Shown here piece by piece: positions 20,824 through 30,801 of a DNA stretch of 64,000 nt. Positions within the stretch are counted from its first letter, which is position 1, and every line of letters begins with the position of its first letter. The DNA is from Candidatus Avibacteroides excrementipullorum (GTDB taxonomy: Bacteria; Bacteroidota; Bacteroidia; Bacteroidales; Bacteroidaceae), in assembly GCA_018711405.1 (NCBI GenBank), contig DVIH01000088.1, positions 26,633-90,632 on the forward strand, given 5' to 3'. The notes under the pieces are model-generated. The model searched no databases. It was not told the DNA's origin and saw only the letters and a list, made by a program, of their open reading frames with translations. A program made the position numbers and the translations under genes.

Positions 20824-23025
20824 TTATTGCTTGTTTTCTTTATCTTTCCTTTCGCCTTTTCCGCGACGATTGTCATTCTTACGCTCAGGTTTCTTTTCCT
20901 CATATCCTTCCGGTTTCGGGAGGAGAGCCTTTCTCGAAAGTTTGAACTTGCCTGTCTTCGGGTCTATCTCCAGCAGTTTCACTTCCACTTCATCGCCTTC
21001 CTGAAGTCCTGTCTCTTCCATAGTCTCGAATCTCTTCCAGTCTATTTCGGATATGTGCAACAGTCCGTCCTTGCCAGGCAAGAACTCAACGAATGCGCCA
21101 TACGGCATGATGGAACGAATCTTTCCTTTGTAGACCTCTCCCACTTCGGGTATCGCCACGATAGCCTTGATCATCTTTATCGCCGCTTCGATGCTTGCCT
21201 TATTGGAAGCTGCCACCTCTATGCGCCCTATATTGTCTATTTCCTCTATCGTAACGATAGCTCCCGACTCTTCTTGTATGCCTTGTATTATCTTTCCGCC
21301 GGGACCTATCACAGCTCCTATAAACTCTTTAGGAATCTCCATAGTCTCTATGCGCGGAGCATTCTCCTTGAGTTCCGCACGCGGTTCGGCTATGGTTTCG
21401 GTCAGTTTGCCGAGAATGTGCATACGTCCTTCCCTTGCCTGAGCCAGCGCTTTTTCGAGTATATCGAACGACAGTCCGTCTACCTTGATATCCATCTGAG
21501 TGGCAGTGATACCGTCTTTGGTACCCGTCACCTTGAAGTCCATGTCTCCCAAGTGGTCTTCATCGCCGAGTATGTCTGAAAGCACAGCGTATTTGTCTTC
21601 TCCTGCGTTCTTTATAAGACCCATCGCAATGCCCGATACCGGCTTTTTGATAGGCACGCCCGCATCCATGAGGGCAAGCGTTCCGGCACATACGGTGGCC
21701 ATCGATGACGAGCCGTTTGACTCGAGGATATCAGACATCACTCTTATGACATAAGGATAATTTTCGGGAATCATGCCTTTCAGCGCACGCCATGCCAGAT
21801 GTCCGTGCCCTATTTCGCGTCTGCCCACGCCGCGCTGTGCCTTTGCCTCGCCTGTAGAGAACGGCGGGAAATTGTAATGGAGCAAAAATCTTTCCTTGCC
21901 CTGATTGAGCACATCGTCTATTATCTTTTCGTCCATCTTCGTGCCCAATGTGACTGTAGAGAGCGACTGTGTTTCGCCGCGTGTGAAGATTGCAGAACCG
22001 TGAGGATAAGGCAATGCGCTGACTTCGCACCATATAGGTCTTATTTCCGTTGTCTTCCTGCCGTCCAGACGTTTGCCTTCATCGAGTATGCAACGGCGCA
22101 TGGCTTCTTTCTCCACATCATGATAATAACGGTCGATCAGAGGGCCTTTGGTCTCAAGTTCTTCTTCCGTATATTGCGCCTTGAATTCATCTCTTATGGC
22201 ATCGAAAGCATCCTGGCGCGCATGTTTGTCTCTGTTGCCGCTCTCGGCTATTGCATAAGCTTTGGCGTAGCATGCCTCATGCACAGCCTTGCGCAGGTCT
22301 TCATCGTTTTCTTCATGGCAATATGTCCTCTTCACAGTCTTGCCCACAGCTTCCATCAGTTCCATCTGAGCCTTGCATTGCGGCTTTATGGCTTCATGGG
22401 CAGCTTTCATGGCTTCAAGAAGGTCTGCTTCGGAAACTTCCTTCATCTCGCCTTCCACCATCATGATGTTGTCATAAGTAGCGCCGACCATAATGTCCAT
22501 ATCGGCCTGCTCAAGCTGCTGGAAAGTCGGGTCAATGACAAATTTACCGTCTATCCTTGCAACCCTTACTTCAGAGATAGGGCCTCCGAAAGGAATATCG
22601 CTCACGGCCAAAGCAGCAGATGCTGCAAGTCCGGCCAAAGCATCGGGCATATCTACCCCGTCTGCGGAGAACAATATGATATTTACATAGACTTCAGCGT
22701 GGAAGTCATCCGGGAACAGCGGTCTCAACGCCCTGTCCACAAGACGGCAAGTCAGGATTTCATAATCGGAAGCACGTCCTTCACGGCGTGTAAATCCACC
22801 GGGAAAACGTCCGAACGCTGAAAATTTCTCTTTATACTCTACCTGAAGAGGCATGAAATCTGTACCGGGAACTGCATCTTTGGCCGCACAAACAGTAGCT
22901 AACAGGACTGTCTTGCCCATTCTTAGCACAACGGCTCCATCCGCCTGTTTTGCGAGCTTTCCCGTCTCGAGCGTGATGACACGACCGTCAGGCAGCTCGA
23001 TTGTCTTAACAATTGGGTTAATCAT
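20824..23025 (-). CDS. pnp: polyribonucleotide nucleotidyltransferase (PNPase)
   Basis: 733 aa with two RNase PH domains ([14 protein letters not shown]; [21 protein letters not shown]) plus KH and S1 domains. The C-terminus has a basic Lys/Arg-rich tail. Confidence 0.97.
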   Translation of the reverse strand: MINPIVKTIELPDGRVITLETGKLAKQADGAVVLRMGKTVLLATVCAAKDAVPGTDFMPLQVEYKEKFSAFGRFPGGFTRREGRASDYEILTCRLVDRALRPLFPDDFHAEVYVNIILFSADGVDMPDALAGLAASAALAVSDIPFGGPISEVRVARIDGKFVIDPTFQQLEQADMDIMVGATYDNIMMVEGEMKEVSEADLLEAMKAAHEAIKPQCKAQMELMEAVGKTVKRTYCHEENDEDLRKAVHEACYAKAYAIAESGNRDKHARQDAFDAIRDEFKAQYTEEELETKGPLIDRYYHDVEKEAMRRCILDEGKRLDGRKTTEIRPIWCEVSALPYPHGSAIFTRGETQSLSTVTLGTKMDEKIIDDVLNQGKERFLLHYNFPPFSTGEAKAQRGVGRREIGHGHLAWRALKGMIPENYPYVIRVMSDILESNGSSSMATVCAGTLALMDAGVPIKKPVSGIAMGLIKNAGEDKYAVLSDILGDEDHLGDMDFKVTGTKDGITATQMDIKVDGLSFDILEKALAQAREGRMHILGKLTETIAEPRAELKENAPRIETMEIPKEFIGAVIGPGGKIIQGIQEESGAIVTIEEIDNIGRIEVAASNKASIEAAIKMIKAIVAIPEVGEVYKGKIRSIMPYGAFVEFLPGKDGLLHISEIDWKRFETMEETGLQEGDEVEVKLLEIDPKTGKFKLSRKALLPKPEGYEEKKPERKNDNRRGKGERKDKENKQ

Positions 23026-23059
23026 AAATGTTATTCTAAATTTCTCTAAAAAAATCGCA

Positions 23060-23067
23060 CAAAGATA
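23060..23067 (-). promoter_or_regulatory. candidate -7 promoter element (TATCTTTG on minus strand) for pnp
   Basis: Plus-strand CAAAGATA is minus-strand TATCTTTG, an exact TAnnTTTG match, 35 nt upstream of the pnp start. No clear -33. Confidence 0.4.
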
Positions 23068-23151
23068 TAAATTAAAAATCAGCCGACTATCTTTTCACCT
23101 GTAAAATATATATAAAAATCAAATATTTAGTCATATCGGCCGGGCGCAAAG

Positions 23152-23191
23152 AAAAAAGCCGCCGCGCAGCTTTCCACACCTGCACGACGGC
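23152..23191 (-). terminator. putative intrinsic terminator after the GH92 gene
   Basis: On the minus strand, GCCGTCGTGCAG pairs with CTGCGCGGCGGC. This is a 12-bp stem including 2 G-U pairs, with a 10-nt loop, followed by T6. It lies 24 nt past the stop. Confidence 0.6.
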
Positions 23192-23215
23192 CATCAACTT
23201 TCACGGCATGTATGC

Positions 23216-25438
23216 TCAATACCAGCAGATCTGCCCGGCACCCATTTCAAACTCCAGAGAGCCTCCCTTTGCCATATCCTCAAAGTCTATCCACCCTTTC
23301 GCATAAGGCTGCCCGTTGAGCCGGACGCTCTGTATATATTTGTTCTCGGCAGAATTGTTGCGGGCGGTTATGGTAAAGACGCCGTCACGCACTTTCAGTT
23401 CGGCCTTGTCTACTATCGGCGAGCCGAAGAAATAACGTCCGCCGGCAGGCTCCACCTGATACAGTCCCATAGCCGAAAGCACATACCATGCCGACATGGC
23501 TCCCACATCTTCATTGCCGGAAAGGCCATCGGGGCAATCATTGTACAGCGTAGTCAATATGCGGCGAATCTTATCCGCTCCTTTCCAAGGCTGCCCGGCC
23601 ATAGTATAAAAATACGTGACATGGTGGCTCGGCTCATTGCCGTGAGCATATTGCCCTATCAATCCCGATATATCGGGCGACACGTCTTCGCCCACCAAAG
23701 TGGATTCCGCCACGAACAGTGAGTCAAGCTTCTCTATAAACGCTTCTTTCGAGCCGTAACATCCCACCAGACCGTCAAAGTCGTGAGGCACAAGGAATGT
23801 GTATTGCCATGCATTGCCCTCGCAATAATCATCTTCGCGGTGTGTGGATGCAAACGGGTTGAACGGTTCGTGGAATTCACCATTAGTGCCTTTTCCCCTC
23901 ATGAAGCCTGTCGCGGGATCGAAGAAGTTCCTGTACGAATGACTCCTGTCGAGGAAATATTCATAATCATCCTCATAGCCCATGCGTTTGGCCACCTGAG
24001 CCACAGCCCAGTCGGCTATGGCATATTCCATATCGATTGCCACAGATTCGAGCATCTTGTCATAAGGGATGAAACCATATTTTTTTCTTATGTCCATGCC
24101 TCTTTCATCGAGCATTGCCGAAGTTTTCAAAGCCTCATAAGCAGCAAGCGTATCTTTCACATATCCTTTCAGCACGGCATCAGCCAAGATGCTTATGCCT
24201 GGATTGCCCACCATAGTATTGGTTTCGCAGCCCATCAGATGCCATACAGGCAACTTGCCCTGCTGTTTGTATATGTTTATGAAGGTATTCGCAATGTCGG
24301 CCATCCTTTCCGGGTGTATGATTGTCATGAGAGGATGAGCCGCACGGTATGTATCCCAGCACGACAGCGTGGTGTAGTTGACAAAACCTTCATCCTTATG
24401 CATCTTGTGGTCGGCTCCATAGTAGTCGCCGTTCACATCGCAGAACTCCGATGGAGCCACCATCGTATGGTACAGCGCAGTATAGAACACCCTCTTTGTC
24501 TTTTCGTCTGACACCTGTATGTCTATCTTGCCCAGCTCTTTGTTCCATTCCTCACGGGCAGCCTCCACAGTGGCATCGAAATCCCAGCCCGGCAGCTCCG
24601 CCTGCAAATTCATGCCGGCATTTTCTATTGAAGTGGGCGACAAAGCCACTTTCACATAGAGCGGTTCGCCTGCTTCCGTATCAAAAGAAGCACGGGCATA
24701 CAACGCCCCGCCTTTGGCATCTTTCATTCCGTCTTCTATCAGGTCAAATGATTTGAACGGGCGGGAAAACTTAGCCACGAAGAACACTTTCTGTTCGTTA
24801 GCCCAACCGGTGGAAAATCTGTATCCTTCTACCGTAACACTGTCCACGCCCGCCATATAAGTCTCGGTCGGCGCATCCCAACAACCGCCGTTCTGAAGGT
24901 CGAAGACCACTGCTGCGTCATCCGCTGTCGGGAACGTATATTTATGGAATCCGACACGCTTGGTAGCAGTCAGTTCCACATCCACGCCGTAACGCATCAG
25001 ACGGGTGGAATAATATCCCGGTCTCACTTTTTCCTTAGAGCGGTCGGAATATGACCACAATCCTGACTTTTGGTCATCCTCCGTGCCTCTGGCATATTTC
25101 ACTTCACCCACCACAGGCATGAGCGTCACATCGTTCAAGTCGCCTATTCCCGTGCCGCTCAGGTGCGTATGCGGGAAACCTATGACAGTGGAATCGCTTA
25201 TGTGATAGCCCGAAGTCCAGTCCCATTGCTGCGGGATGCTGGTAGGCCCGAGCTGCACAAAGCCGAAAGGCACGTTGGCTCCCACAAATACATGTCCATG
25301 ACCTCCGGAACCTATATAGGGGTCGACATACCGGGTGTAATCGGGCGTCTCCGACATCTGCCCCTTGTCTGTGCCGCCGCAACCGGCCAACAACAGCAGA
25401 GAGGCATACAATAATGTTTTACATGCGTTCTTTTTCAT
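23216..25438 (-). CDS. GH92 family alpha-mannosidase (lipoprotein)
   Basis: About 740 aa. GH92 hallmark segments are GNEPSHH and GNEDVGAMSAWYVLSAMG. The start at MKKNACKTLLYASLLLLAGC (signal peptide with lipobox) is preferred over the upstream in-frame start at 25468. Confidence 0.9.
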   Translation of the reverse strand: MKKNACKTLLYASLLLLAGCGGTDKGQMSETPDYTRYVDPYIGSGGHGHVFVGANVPFGFVQLGPTSIPQQWDWTSGYHISDSTVIGFPHTHLSGTGIGDLNDVTLMPVVGEVKYARGTEDDQKSGLWSYSDRSKEKVRPGYYSTRLMRYGVDVELTATKRVGFHKYTFPTADDAAVVFDLQNGGCWDAPTETYMAGVDSVTVEGYRFSTGWANEQKVFFVAKFSRPFKSFDLIEDGMKDAKGGALYARASFDTEAGEPLYVKVALSPTSIENAGMNLQAELPGWDFDATVEAAREEWNKELGKIDIQVSDEKTKRVFYTALYHTMVAPSEFCDVNGDYYGADHKMHKDEGFVNYTTLSCWDTYRAAHPLMTIIHPERMADIANTFINIYKQQGKLPVWHLMGCETNTMVGNPGISILADAVLKGYVKDTLAAYEALKTSAMLDERGMDIRKKYGFIPYDKMLESVAIDMEYAIADWAVAQVAKRMGYEDDYEYFLDRSHSYRNFFDPATGFMRGKGTNGEFHEPFNPFASTHREDDYCEGNAWQYTFLVPHDFDGLVGCYGSKEAFIEKLDSLFVAESTLVGEDVSPDISGLIGQYAHGNEPSHHVTYFYTMAGQPWKGADKIRRILTTLYNDCPDGLSGNEDVGAMSAWYVLSAMGLYQVEPAGGRYFFGSPIVDKAELKVRDGVFTITARNNSAENKYIQSVRLNGQPYAKGWIDFEDMAKGGSLEFEMGAGQICWY

Positions 25439-25474
25439 AATAATATATGTTTTATTAAAATCAATCATTGCAAA

Positions 25475-26791
25475 TCAGCTTCTACTGACAGGCAAAGGAA
25501 GCCTGCGCCACAACAAATATTCGGCAGCTCCTCTCACCGACAGATATATTATAAAGGCAAACCACAATGCATGGTTGCCCCACACATGGCGCAACGACAG
25601 GTAAACGGCGAAAAAAGCGACAGTGGCAATCATCATGGCCGTCATCATCTGCCGTGAAGCTGTGGCTCCCACAAATATGCCGTCCCAAAGGAACGCCGCA
25701 AAGCCGCAAAACGGAATGGCCACCGTCCAATAGAAATAAACGTCTGATGCGGCTATCACATCTTCATCATCGGTGAGAAGATGCAGGAAATGCTCTCCAC
25801 CCGCCGCATAAAGCAATGTAAACAAAGCCGCAATCCAGACTCCCCACACAAACAGCCTCTTCACCATGCGCCGCAGCCCCTCGCTGTCTGACGCCCCGAT
25901 AAGACGTCCCGACATGGCCTCGCCTGCATAAGCAAAGCCGTCCATTACATAGGAGAATATGGTAAACAGCTGCATCAGCAACGTATTTACAGCCAGAATC
26001 ACATCTCCCTCGCCTGCCCCTTTGGAGGTGAAAAACACCGTTACCGCTATGAGGCACAACGTGCGGAAAAATATGTCCCTGTTTATTTTGAAGAACCTGA
26101 CTATCTTCTCCCTGTCGAACACAGACCTGACGCCCACCGTCAGGCACACATCCCTGTATCCGTTGCGCCACAGCAACACTGCCATCACAGCTCCGGCGTA
26201 TTGCGCAATCAGCGTGCCGAGAGCTATGCCTTCTATCTTCATGTCTGCCGCATAGACGAACAGCAGGCTTGCTGCAATATTGACCACATTCTGGGCAATG
26301 GCTATATACATGGGGTAATGAGCATTCTGCATGCCTATGAACCATCCCGTGAAAGCATAAATCGACAGTACGGCAGGAGCGCCCCAGATACACACGTTGA
26401 AATAAGCCTCGGCAAGCGATTTCACTTCTGCCGGAGGGGCTATCACGGCAAAAGCAGCTGCGCTTACGGGATATTGCAACAGCAAAAGGGCAACGGCCAT
26501 CGCCAATCCGGTCACCACCGACCTGGCGAGCATCAGCGTTGTCTCGGCGAAATCCCGGCGGCCGTAAGCCTGCGAAGTCATGCCGCTCGTTCCCATCCTA
26601 AGGAAGCCGAACAGCCAGTACATGATATTGAACAACAGTCCGCCCACAGCCACCGCACCTATGTACGATGCCGCGCCCAGATGTCCGGCAATGGCAACAT
26701 CCACCAGCCCCAACAACGGCACCGTGATGTTCGACACTATGGCCGGAACCGCTATCTTCAATATCTTCCTGTCTGTAACTCCCAACCTCAT
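25475..26791 (-). CDS. MATE family efflux transporter
   Basis: 438 aa with about 12 predicted TM helices. The N-terminal PAIVSNITVPLLGLVDVAIAGHLG is typical of the MATE/NorM family. Confidence 0.88.
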   Translation of the reverse strand: MRLGVTDRKILKIAVPAIVSNITVPLLGLVDVAIAGHLGAASYIGAVAVGGLLFNIMYWLFGFLRMGTSGMTSQAYGRRDFAETTLMLARSVVTGLAMAVALLLLQYPVSAAAFAVIAPPAEVKSLAEAYFNVCIWGAPAVLSIYAFTGWFIGMQNAHYPMYIAIAQNVVNIAASLLFVYAADMKIEGIALGTLIAQYAGAVMAVLLWRNGYRDVCLTVGVRSVFDREKIVRFFKINRDIFFRTLCLIAVTVFFTSKGAGEGDVILAVNTLLMQLFTIFSYVMDGFAYAGEAMSGRLIGASDSEGLRRMVKRLFVWGVWIAALFTLLYAAGGEHFLHLLTDDEDVIAASDVYFYWTVAIPFCGFAAFLWDGIFVGATASRQMMTAMMIATVAFFAVYLSLRHVWGNHALWFAFIIYLSVRGAAEYLLWRRLPLPVSRS

Positions 26792-26833
26792 CGGCTCACT
26801 TCATTTTCCGGCTGCAAATATAATCCATTTCAT

Positions 26834-28042
26834 TCATTCTTTCTGCCGCAACAGGACTTGCGTCATGCAATGCGCGGCCCCGTAGCCTTTTATCAGATTG
26901 TCGAGCCTTACATAGTCTGCTCTCACGCCACAGTCGTCCAACGCCTTGCGCAGATAGTCCGGCTGCCCGTCTACCGCCATTATGCGTCTCCTGCCCACAC
27001 ACAGGAAATTGGTGCCATACCGTTTCCTGTCGGCGCTCTTTACAGCTATAACCTTCACGCCGCACGAAGCGAGAAACGACATGAAAGGCACATTGGCCCC
27101 GACTCGCTCATAACCTCCGCCGCCGCGCTCATATAAATCCGCACGGAGAAACAGCCTGCTGTCTTTCGCTGCTTTCATCCTGTCTTCGTCCATCACTGCA
27201 AGGTCTTCATCGGCCACATTGAAGTAGGTGTCGAGATGCATCTGCTCCTGAGAGCAAAGACTGTCTTTGACCACCACAACCTTGTCATGCCCCATCACTC
27301 CGGCAGACATCAATTCGTTTACGGCTTCCTGAGTAGTCCTCAGCCCGCGCCCCACAAAGGCAAATTTCCCGAACGGGATATAATCTCCGCCCTCCATGAA
27401 AGAACCGTTGCCGCACAGCCTGTGCACGGGGTTCATGCCCAACCGGCGCAGGCAGAACTCCACGATGTCGGCCTCCCTGTTGCGCTGGGGAGAATACATC
27501 TTTGAGACGACAGGGCCGCACGGCGTCACAATCATCTGGTCGCGCATGAAAAACATATTGACCAGCGGCTTGTGCACTATCCTCGCTTTCCAACCGGTAT
27601 TGCGATCCATCTTCCTGAGATGCACCACAGGCCTGTTGAGAATCACCCTGACAAGGTCTGTCTGAGACATCTTCCGCAAGACCTCCAGCTTGTACTCATC
27701 CACGCCGCAGCGGTCGTCGTGCGAGAGTTCAGTCTTGTCATAAGTCAGAAAACGCGATGCGAAATCCACAAGTTCATCGTGCGGCGTCCCTTTCAGCACG
27801 TCCCTCACGGTGATGACCTCCGCGCCGGCCTCACGCTTCAGCACGGCGATGTAATTTTCATGCTCGGCAATGGCCGAATCCATGTCCATACAGTCTTCAA
27901 ACAGAGCGGCGGCAGGATGCAGGATGCCGTTGAAAAGTTCCTCACCCGGCGTGTGCATCAATATGAGGCAGGCCTTGTGATATTCCGCTTCGGGAAACGC
28001 CGCACCCTCGTGCCTGCCACGCGGCTGCAAACTTGCTTCCAT
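26834..28042 (-). CDS. arginine deiminase family (guanidino-group modifying enzyme superfamily) protein
   Basis: 402 aa. It has an ArcA-like N-terminal pattern (HTPGEEL, LFED, EHENY) and a C-terminal catalytic-Cys motif GAAHCMTQ. Confidence 0.65.
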   Translation of the reverse strand: MEASLQPRGRHEGAAFPEAEYHKACLILMHTPGEELFNGILHPAAALFEDCMDMDSAIAEHENYIAVLKREAGAEVITVRDVLKGTPHDELVDFASRFLTYDKTELSHDDRCGVDEYKLEVLRKMSQTDLVRVILNRPVVHLRKMDRNTGWKARIVHKPLVNMFFMRDQMIVTPCGPVVSKMYSPQRNREADIVEFCLRRLGMNPVHRLCGNGSFMEGGDYIPFGKFAFVGRGLRTTQEAVNELMSAGVMGHDKVVVVKDSLCSQEQMHLDTYFNVADEDLAVMDEDRMKAAKDSRLFLRADLYERGGGGYERVGANVPFMSFLASCGVKVIAVKSADRKRYGTNFLCVGRRRIMAVDGQPDYLRKALDDCGVRADYVRLDNLIKGYGAAHCMTQVLLRQKE

Positions 28043-28157
28043 ACAATTACGGCTTTTTTATTACGCCATAAATATAGGTAAAAAACGGCATTCCGCAAAA
28101 CGCCGCAGCCGCCTGCGCTTTCAGACCCCACAGGAGTGTTTGAAAGCCCACCGAAAA

Positions 28158-28241
28158 GACCGGCACGATCCCCGCCCGGGATATACGCCATCCCGGGCAA
28201 AGATGGCGCACATCCCCGCCCGTTACCGAGCCGATCTTTTT
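28158..28241. repeat. 22-nt-phased intergenic repeat array B (4 units)
   Basis: Cores are at 28158 GACCGGCACGATC, 28180 GATATACGCCATC, 28202 GATGGCGCACATC and 28224 TACCGAGCCGATC, followed by T5. Units 2 and 3 form an imperfect 15-bp inverted repeat. Confidence 0.88.
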
Positions 28242-28392
28242 CACAGGCAGAAAAGCCCCAAAAGACTGCAACGGGAATGAAACAAGTTATTAACAAAACG
28301 GCAACTTATCAACACTTTAACAAAAGAGCCGTCTTTTCATTTCACGCATATCGCTTTTATTTTGTTACTTCGCAGCGGATAAACTAATCAAC

Positions 28393-29163
28393 ATGGGAAA
28401 AATCATTGCATTGGCAAATCAGAAAGGCGGAGTGGGCAAGACCACATCATCCATCAACCTTGCCGCCTCGCTCGCCACATTGGAGAAAAAAGTGCTTTTA
28501 GTCGATGCCGACCCCCAGGCCAACGCTTCGTCGGGACTCGGCGTAGACATCAGACAGGCGGAAACCACCATCTATGAATGTCTGATAAACGACATCGACA
28601 TCAGGGAGGCCATCTACACCACCGACATCAAGACACTCGATGTAGTCCCCTCGCACATAGACCTGGTAGGCGCAGAGATAGAAATGCTGCAAATGGAAAA
28701 CAGGGAAAAAGCCATGTCGCGCCTGCTGGAACCTATGAGAAACGAATATGACTATATCCTCATGGACTGCTCGCCGTCATTGGGACTCATCACCGTCAAC
28801 TGCCTCACGGCAGCCGACTCGGTAATCATCCCCGTGCAATGCGAATATTTCGCACTCGAAGGCATAAGCAAATTGCTCAACACCATAAAGATAATAAAAT
28901 CGAAACTCAACCCGAAAATCGACATAGAAGGATTCCTGCTCACCATGTACGACTCCAGGTTGAGAAGCGCAAACCAGGTAGTGGAAGAAGTCCGCAAACA
29001 CTTCCAGGAACTTGTGTTCAAAACCATAATACAACGAAACGTGCGCCTGAGCGAGGCTCCAAGTCACGGAATCCCCGTCATACTCTACGATGCAGACTCC
29101 ATAGGAGCCAAAAACTACCTCGCACTGGCACAGGAAGTAATCAACCGCAACGAAAAACATTGA
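28393..29163 (+). CDS. parA: ParA/Soj chromosome partitioning ATPase
   Basis: 256 aa with the deviant Walker A motif NQKGGVGKTT and MinD/ParA family layout. Confidence 0.95.
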   Translation: MGKIIALANQKGGVGKTTSSINLAASLATLEKKVLLVDADPQANASSGLGVDIRQAETTIYECLINDIDIREAIYTTDIKTLDVVPSHIDLVGAEIEMLQMENREKAMSRLLEPMRNEYDYILMDCSPSLGLITVNCLTAADSVIIPVQCEYFALEGISKLLNTIKIIKSKLNPKIDIEGFLLTMYDSRLRSANQVVEEVRKHFQELVFKTIIQRNVRLSEAPSHGIPVILYDADSIGAKNYLALAQEVINRNEKH

Positions 29164-29169
29164 CCACAC

Positions 29170-30060
29170 ATGGCAGCACAAAAGAAATTCTCATTGGGAA
29201 GAGGACTCGATGCCCTCATTTCTACCGACAGGGTCGAAACAGAAGGCTCATCGAAGATAAACGAGATAAGACTCGATGAAATCACGGCCAACGCCAACCA
29301 GCCCAGAAAAGACTTCGATGAAGAAGCTCTCAACGAGCTGGCCGAATCGATCAGGGAAATAGGCATAATACAGCCCGTCACACTCAGACAGACAGGCGAA
29401 CATTCCTACCAGATCATAGCAGGCGAAAGACGATACCGCGCATCATTGCTGGCCGGCAAGGAAACCATACCGGCATATATCAGAACAGCCAGCGATGAGA
29501 ATGTCATGGAAATGGCGCTCATCGAAAACATACAACGCGAAGACCTCAACGCGGTGGAAATAGCCCTCGCCTACCAGCACCTCATGGAACAATACGGCCT
29601 GACACAGGAGAAACTGAGCGAACGGGTGGGCAAAAAACGCACTACCATAGCCAACTACCTGCGCCTGCTGAAACTTCCGGCACAGATACAGATGGCTCTG
29701 CAAAACAAAACCATCGACATGGGACACGCCAGAGCGCTAATAGCCCTCGACAACCCGCGTCTGCAAATGAAAGTATTCGGCGAAATCATCGACAAAAACC
29801 TCTCTGTCCGCCGCGTGGAAGAGATAGTGAAAGCCATGAACAGCGGAGACATGACCGGTAAAAGCACCGGACGAACCGCACGGGGAAAAGAGGAAATATC
29901 AGCAGAATTTGATGAACTGAAAAAACAATTGGCCGATTTCTTCGGAACAAAAGTTAAATTATCCTACGCAAAAGACGGAAAAGGAAAAATAAGCATACCT
30001 TTCGACAACGAAAAAGATTTGGAGAGAATCATGGAATTGTTCGACTCCATCAGGAAGTGA
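29170..30060 (+). CDS. parB: ParB/Spo0J partition protein
   Basis: 296 aa. ParB box motifs are QPRKDFDEE, GERRYRAS and LIENIQRE. An HTH region is present. Confidence 0.95.
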   Translation: MAAQKKFSLGRGLDALISTDRVETEGSSKINEIRLDEITANANQPRKDFDEEALNELAESIREIGIIQPVTLRQTGEHSYQIIAGERRYRASLLAGKETIPAYIRTASDENVMEMALIENIQREDLNAVEIALAYQHLMEQYGLTQEKLSERVGKKRTTIANYLRLLKLPAQIQMALQNKTIDMGHARALIALDNPRLQMKVFGEIIDKNLSVRRVEEIVKAMNSGDMTGKSTGRTARGKEEISAEFDELKKQLADFFGTKVKLSYAKDGKGKISIPFDNEKDLERIMELFDSIRK

Positions 30061-30070
30061 CCTTGAAGAA

Positions 30071-30796
30071 GTGAAGTGGATTGTTACATCGTTAATCGCA
30101 TTGCTGCTGTCGGTCTGCAACATAAACGCACAGACCGATGACGCATCCGGCATGCCCATAGCGCAAAGACACCGTCTCGGACTGGCCGACACAGACACCC
30201 TGAAGCAAAACCGCGACAACGACATGGCCGAAATGACAAGCAGCATCAACGTGGCCGACTCGGTAGCCGTGCCCGACTCCATGAACATGAAAAAGGAATT
30301 CTGGAGACCCGACCCGCAGAAAGCCGTGTGGTATGCCCTGCTTTTTCCCGGCGCAGGACAGATATACAACCGCAAGTACTGGAAGCTACCCATAGTCTAC
30401 GGAGGCTTCGTGGCCTGTACATACGCCCTTACGTGGAACAACACGATGTACTCCGACTACTCCAGAGCCTACAGCGACATCATGGACTCCAACCCCAACA
30501 CCAACAGTTTCAAAGATTTTCTGGGGCCGGCCTACAACCTGGACGACCCGTCCACAATAGAACAACTGAAACGAGTGTTCAAGAATAAGAAAGATTATTA
30601 CCGTAAATACAGAGATTTAAGTATCTTTGTCTTCGTTGGAGTCTACGTCCTGTTCGTCATCGATGCTTACGTCGATGCAGAGCTGTCCGATTTCGACATA
30701 ACGCCCGATCTCGGCATGAGCGTAGGGCCGGCAGCCATATATGACAACGTGACGAAAAGAAACTCCTACGGATTTCAATTCAGCATAACTTTTTGA
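30071..30796 (+). CDS. DUF5683-like membrane protein
   Basis: 241 aa with a GTG start and a signal peptide. The motif YALLFPGAGQIYNRKYWKLPIVYGG is typical of the family found after parB in Bacteroidetes. Confidence 0.7.
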   Translation: MKWIVTSLIALLLSVCNINAQTDDASGMPIAQRHRLGLADTDTLKQNRDNDMAEMTSSINVADSVAVPDSMNMKKEFWRPDPQKAVWYALLFPGAGQIYNRKYWKLPIVYGGFVACTYALTWNNTMYSDYSRAYSDIMDSNPNTNSFKDFLGPAYNLDDPSTIEQLKRVFKNKKDYYRKYRDLSIFVFVGVYVLFVIDAYVDAELSDFDITPDLGMSVGPAAIYDNVTKRNSYGFQFSITF

Positions 30797-30801
30797 AGGA
30801 G

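Noticed and set aside
20752-22821. Long plus-strand ORFs (20752-21579, 275 aa; 21799-22821, 340 aa) antisense to pnp.
   Set aside because: They lie entirely inside the strongly supported PNPase gene on the other strand. Their translations are low-complexity (Phe/Leu/Ser/Arg/Cys-rich) with no motifs. They are typical stop-poor antisense frames of A-rich coding strands.
23131-23152. Possible solo remnant of the 22-nt repeat family (TCATATCGGCCGGGCGCAAAGA).
   Set aside because: It resembles only a linker plus half a core and has no phased neighbours. It is too short to distinguish from chance.
28287-28314. DnaA-box-like 9-mers (TTATTAACA at 28287, TTATCAACA at 28306) upstream of parA, hinting at oriC.
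   Set aside because: There are only two imperfect boxes. No dnaA or dnaN is in the window, no AT-rich unwinding element is evident, and gene orientation shows no strand switch here. The evidence is insufficient.
28393-30060. Search for a canonical parS (TGTTTCACGTGAAACA) in or near parAB.
   Set aside because: All CACGTG-containing sites I found (for example near 3816, 37225, 48525, 58092 and 61215) match the parS arms poorly. I make no parS call.
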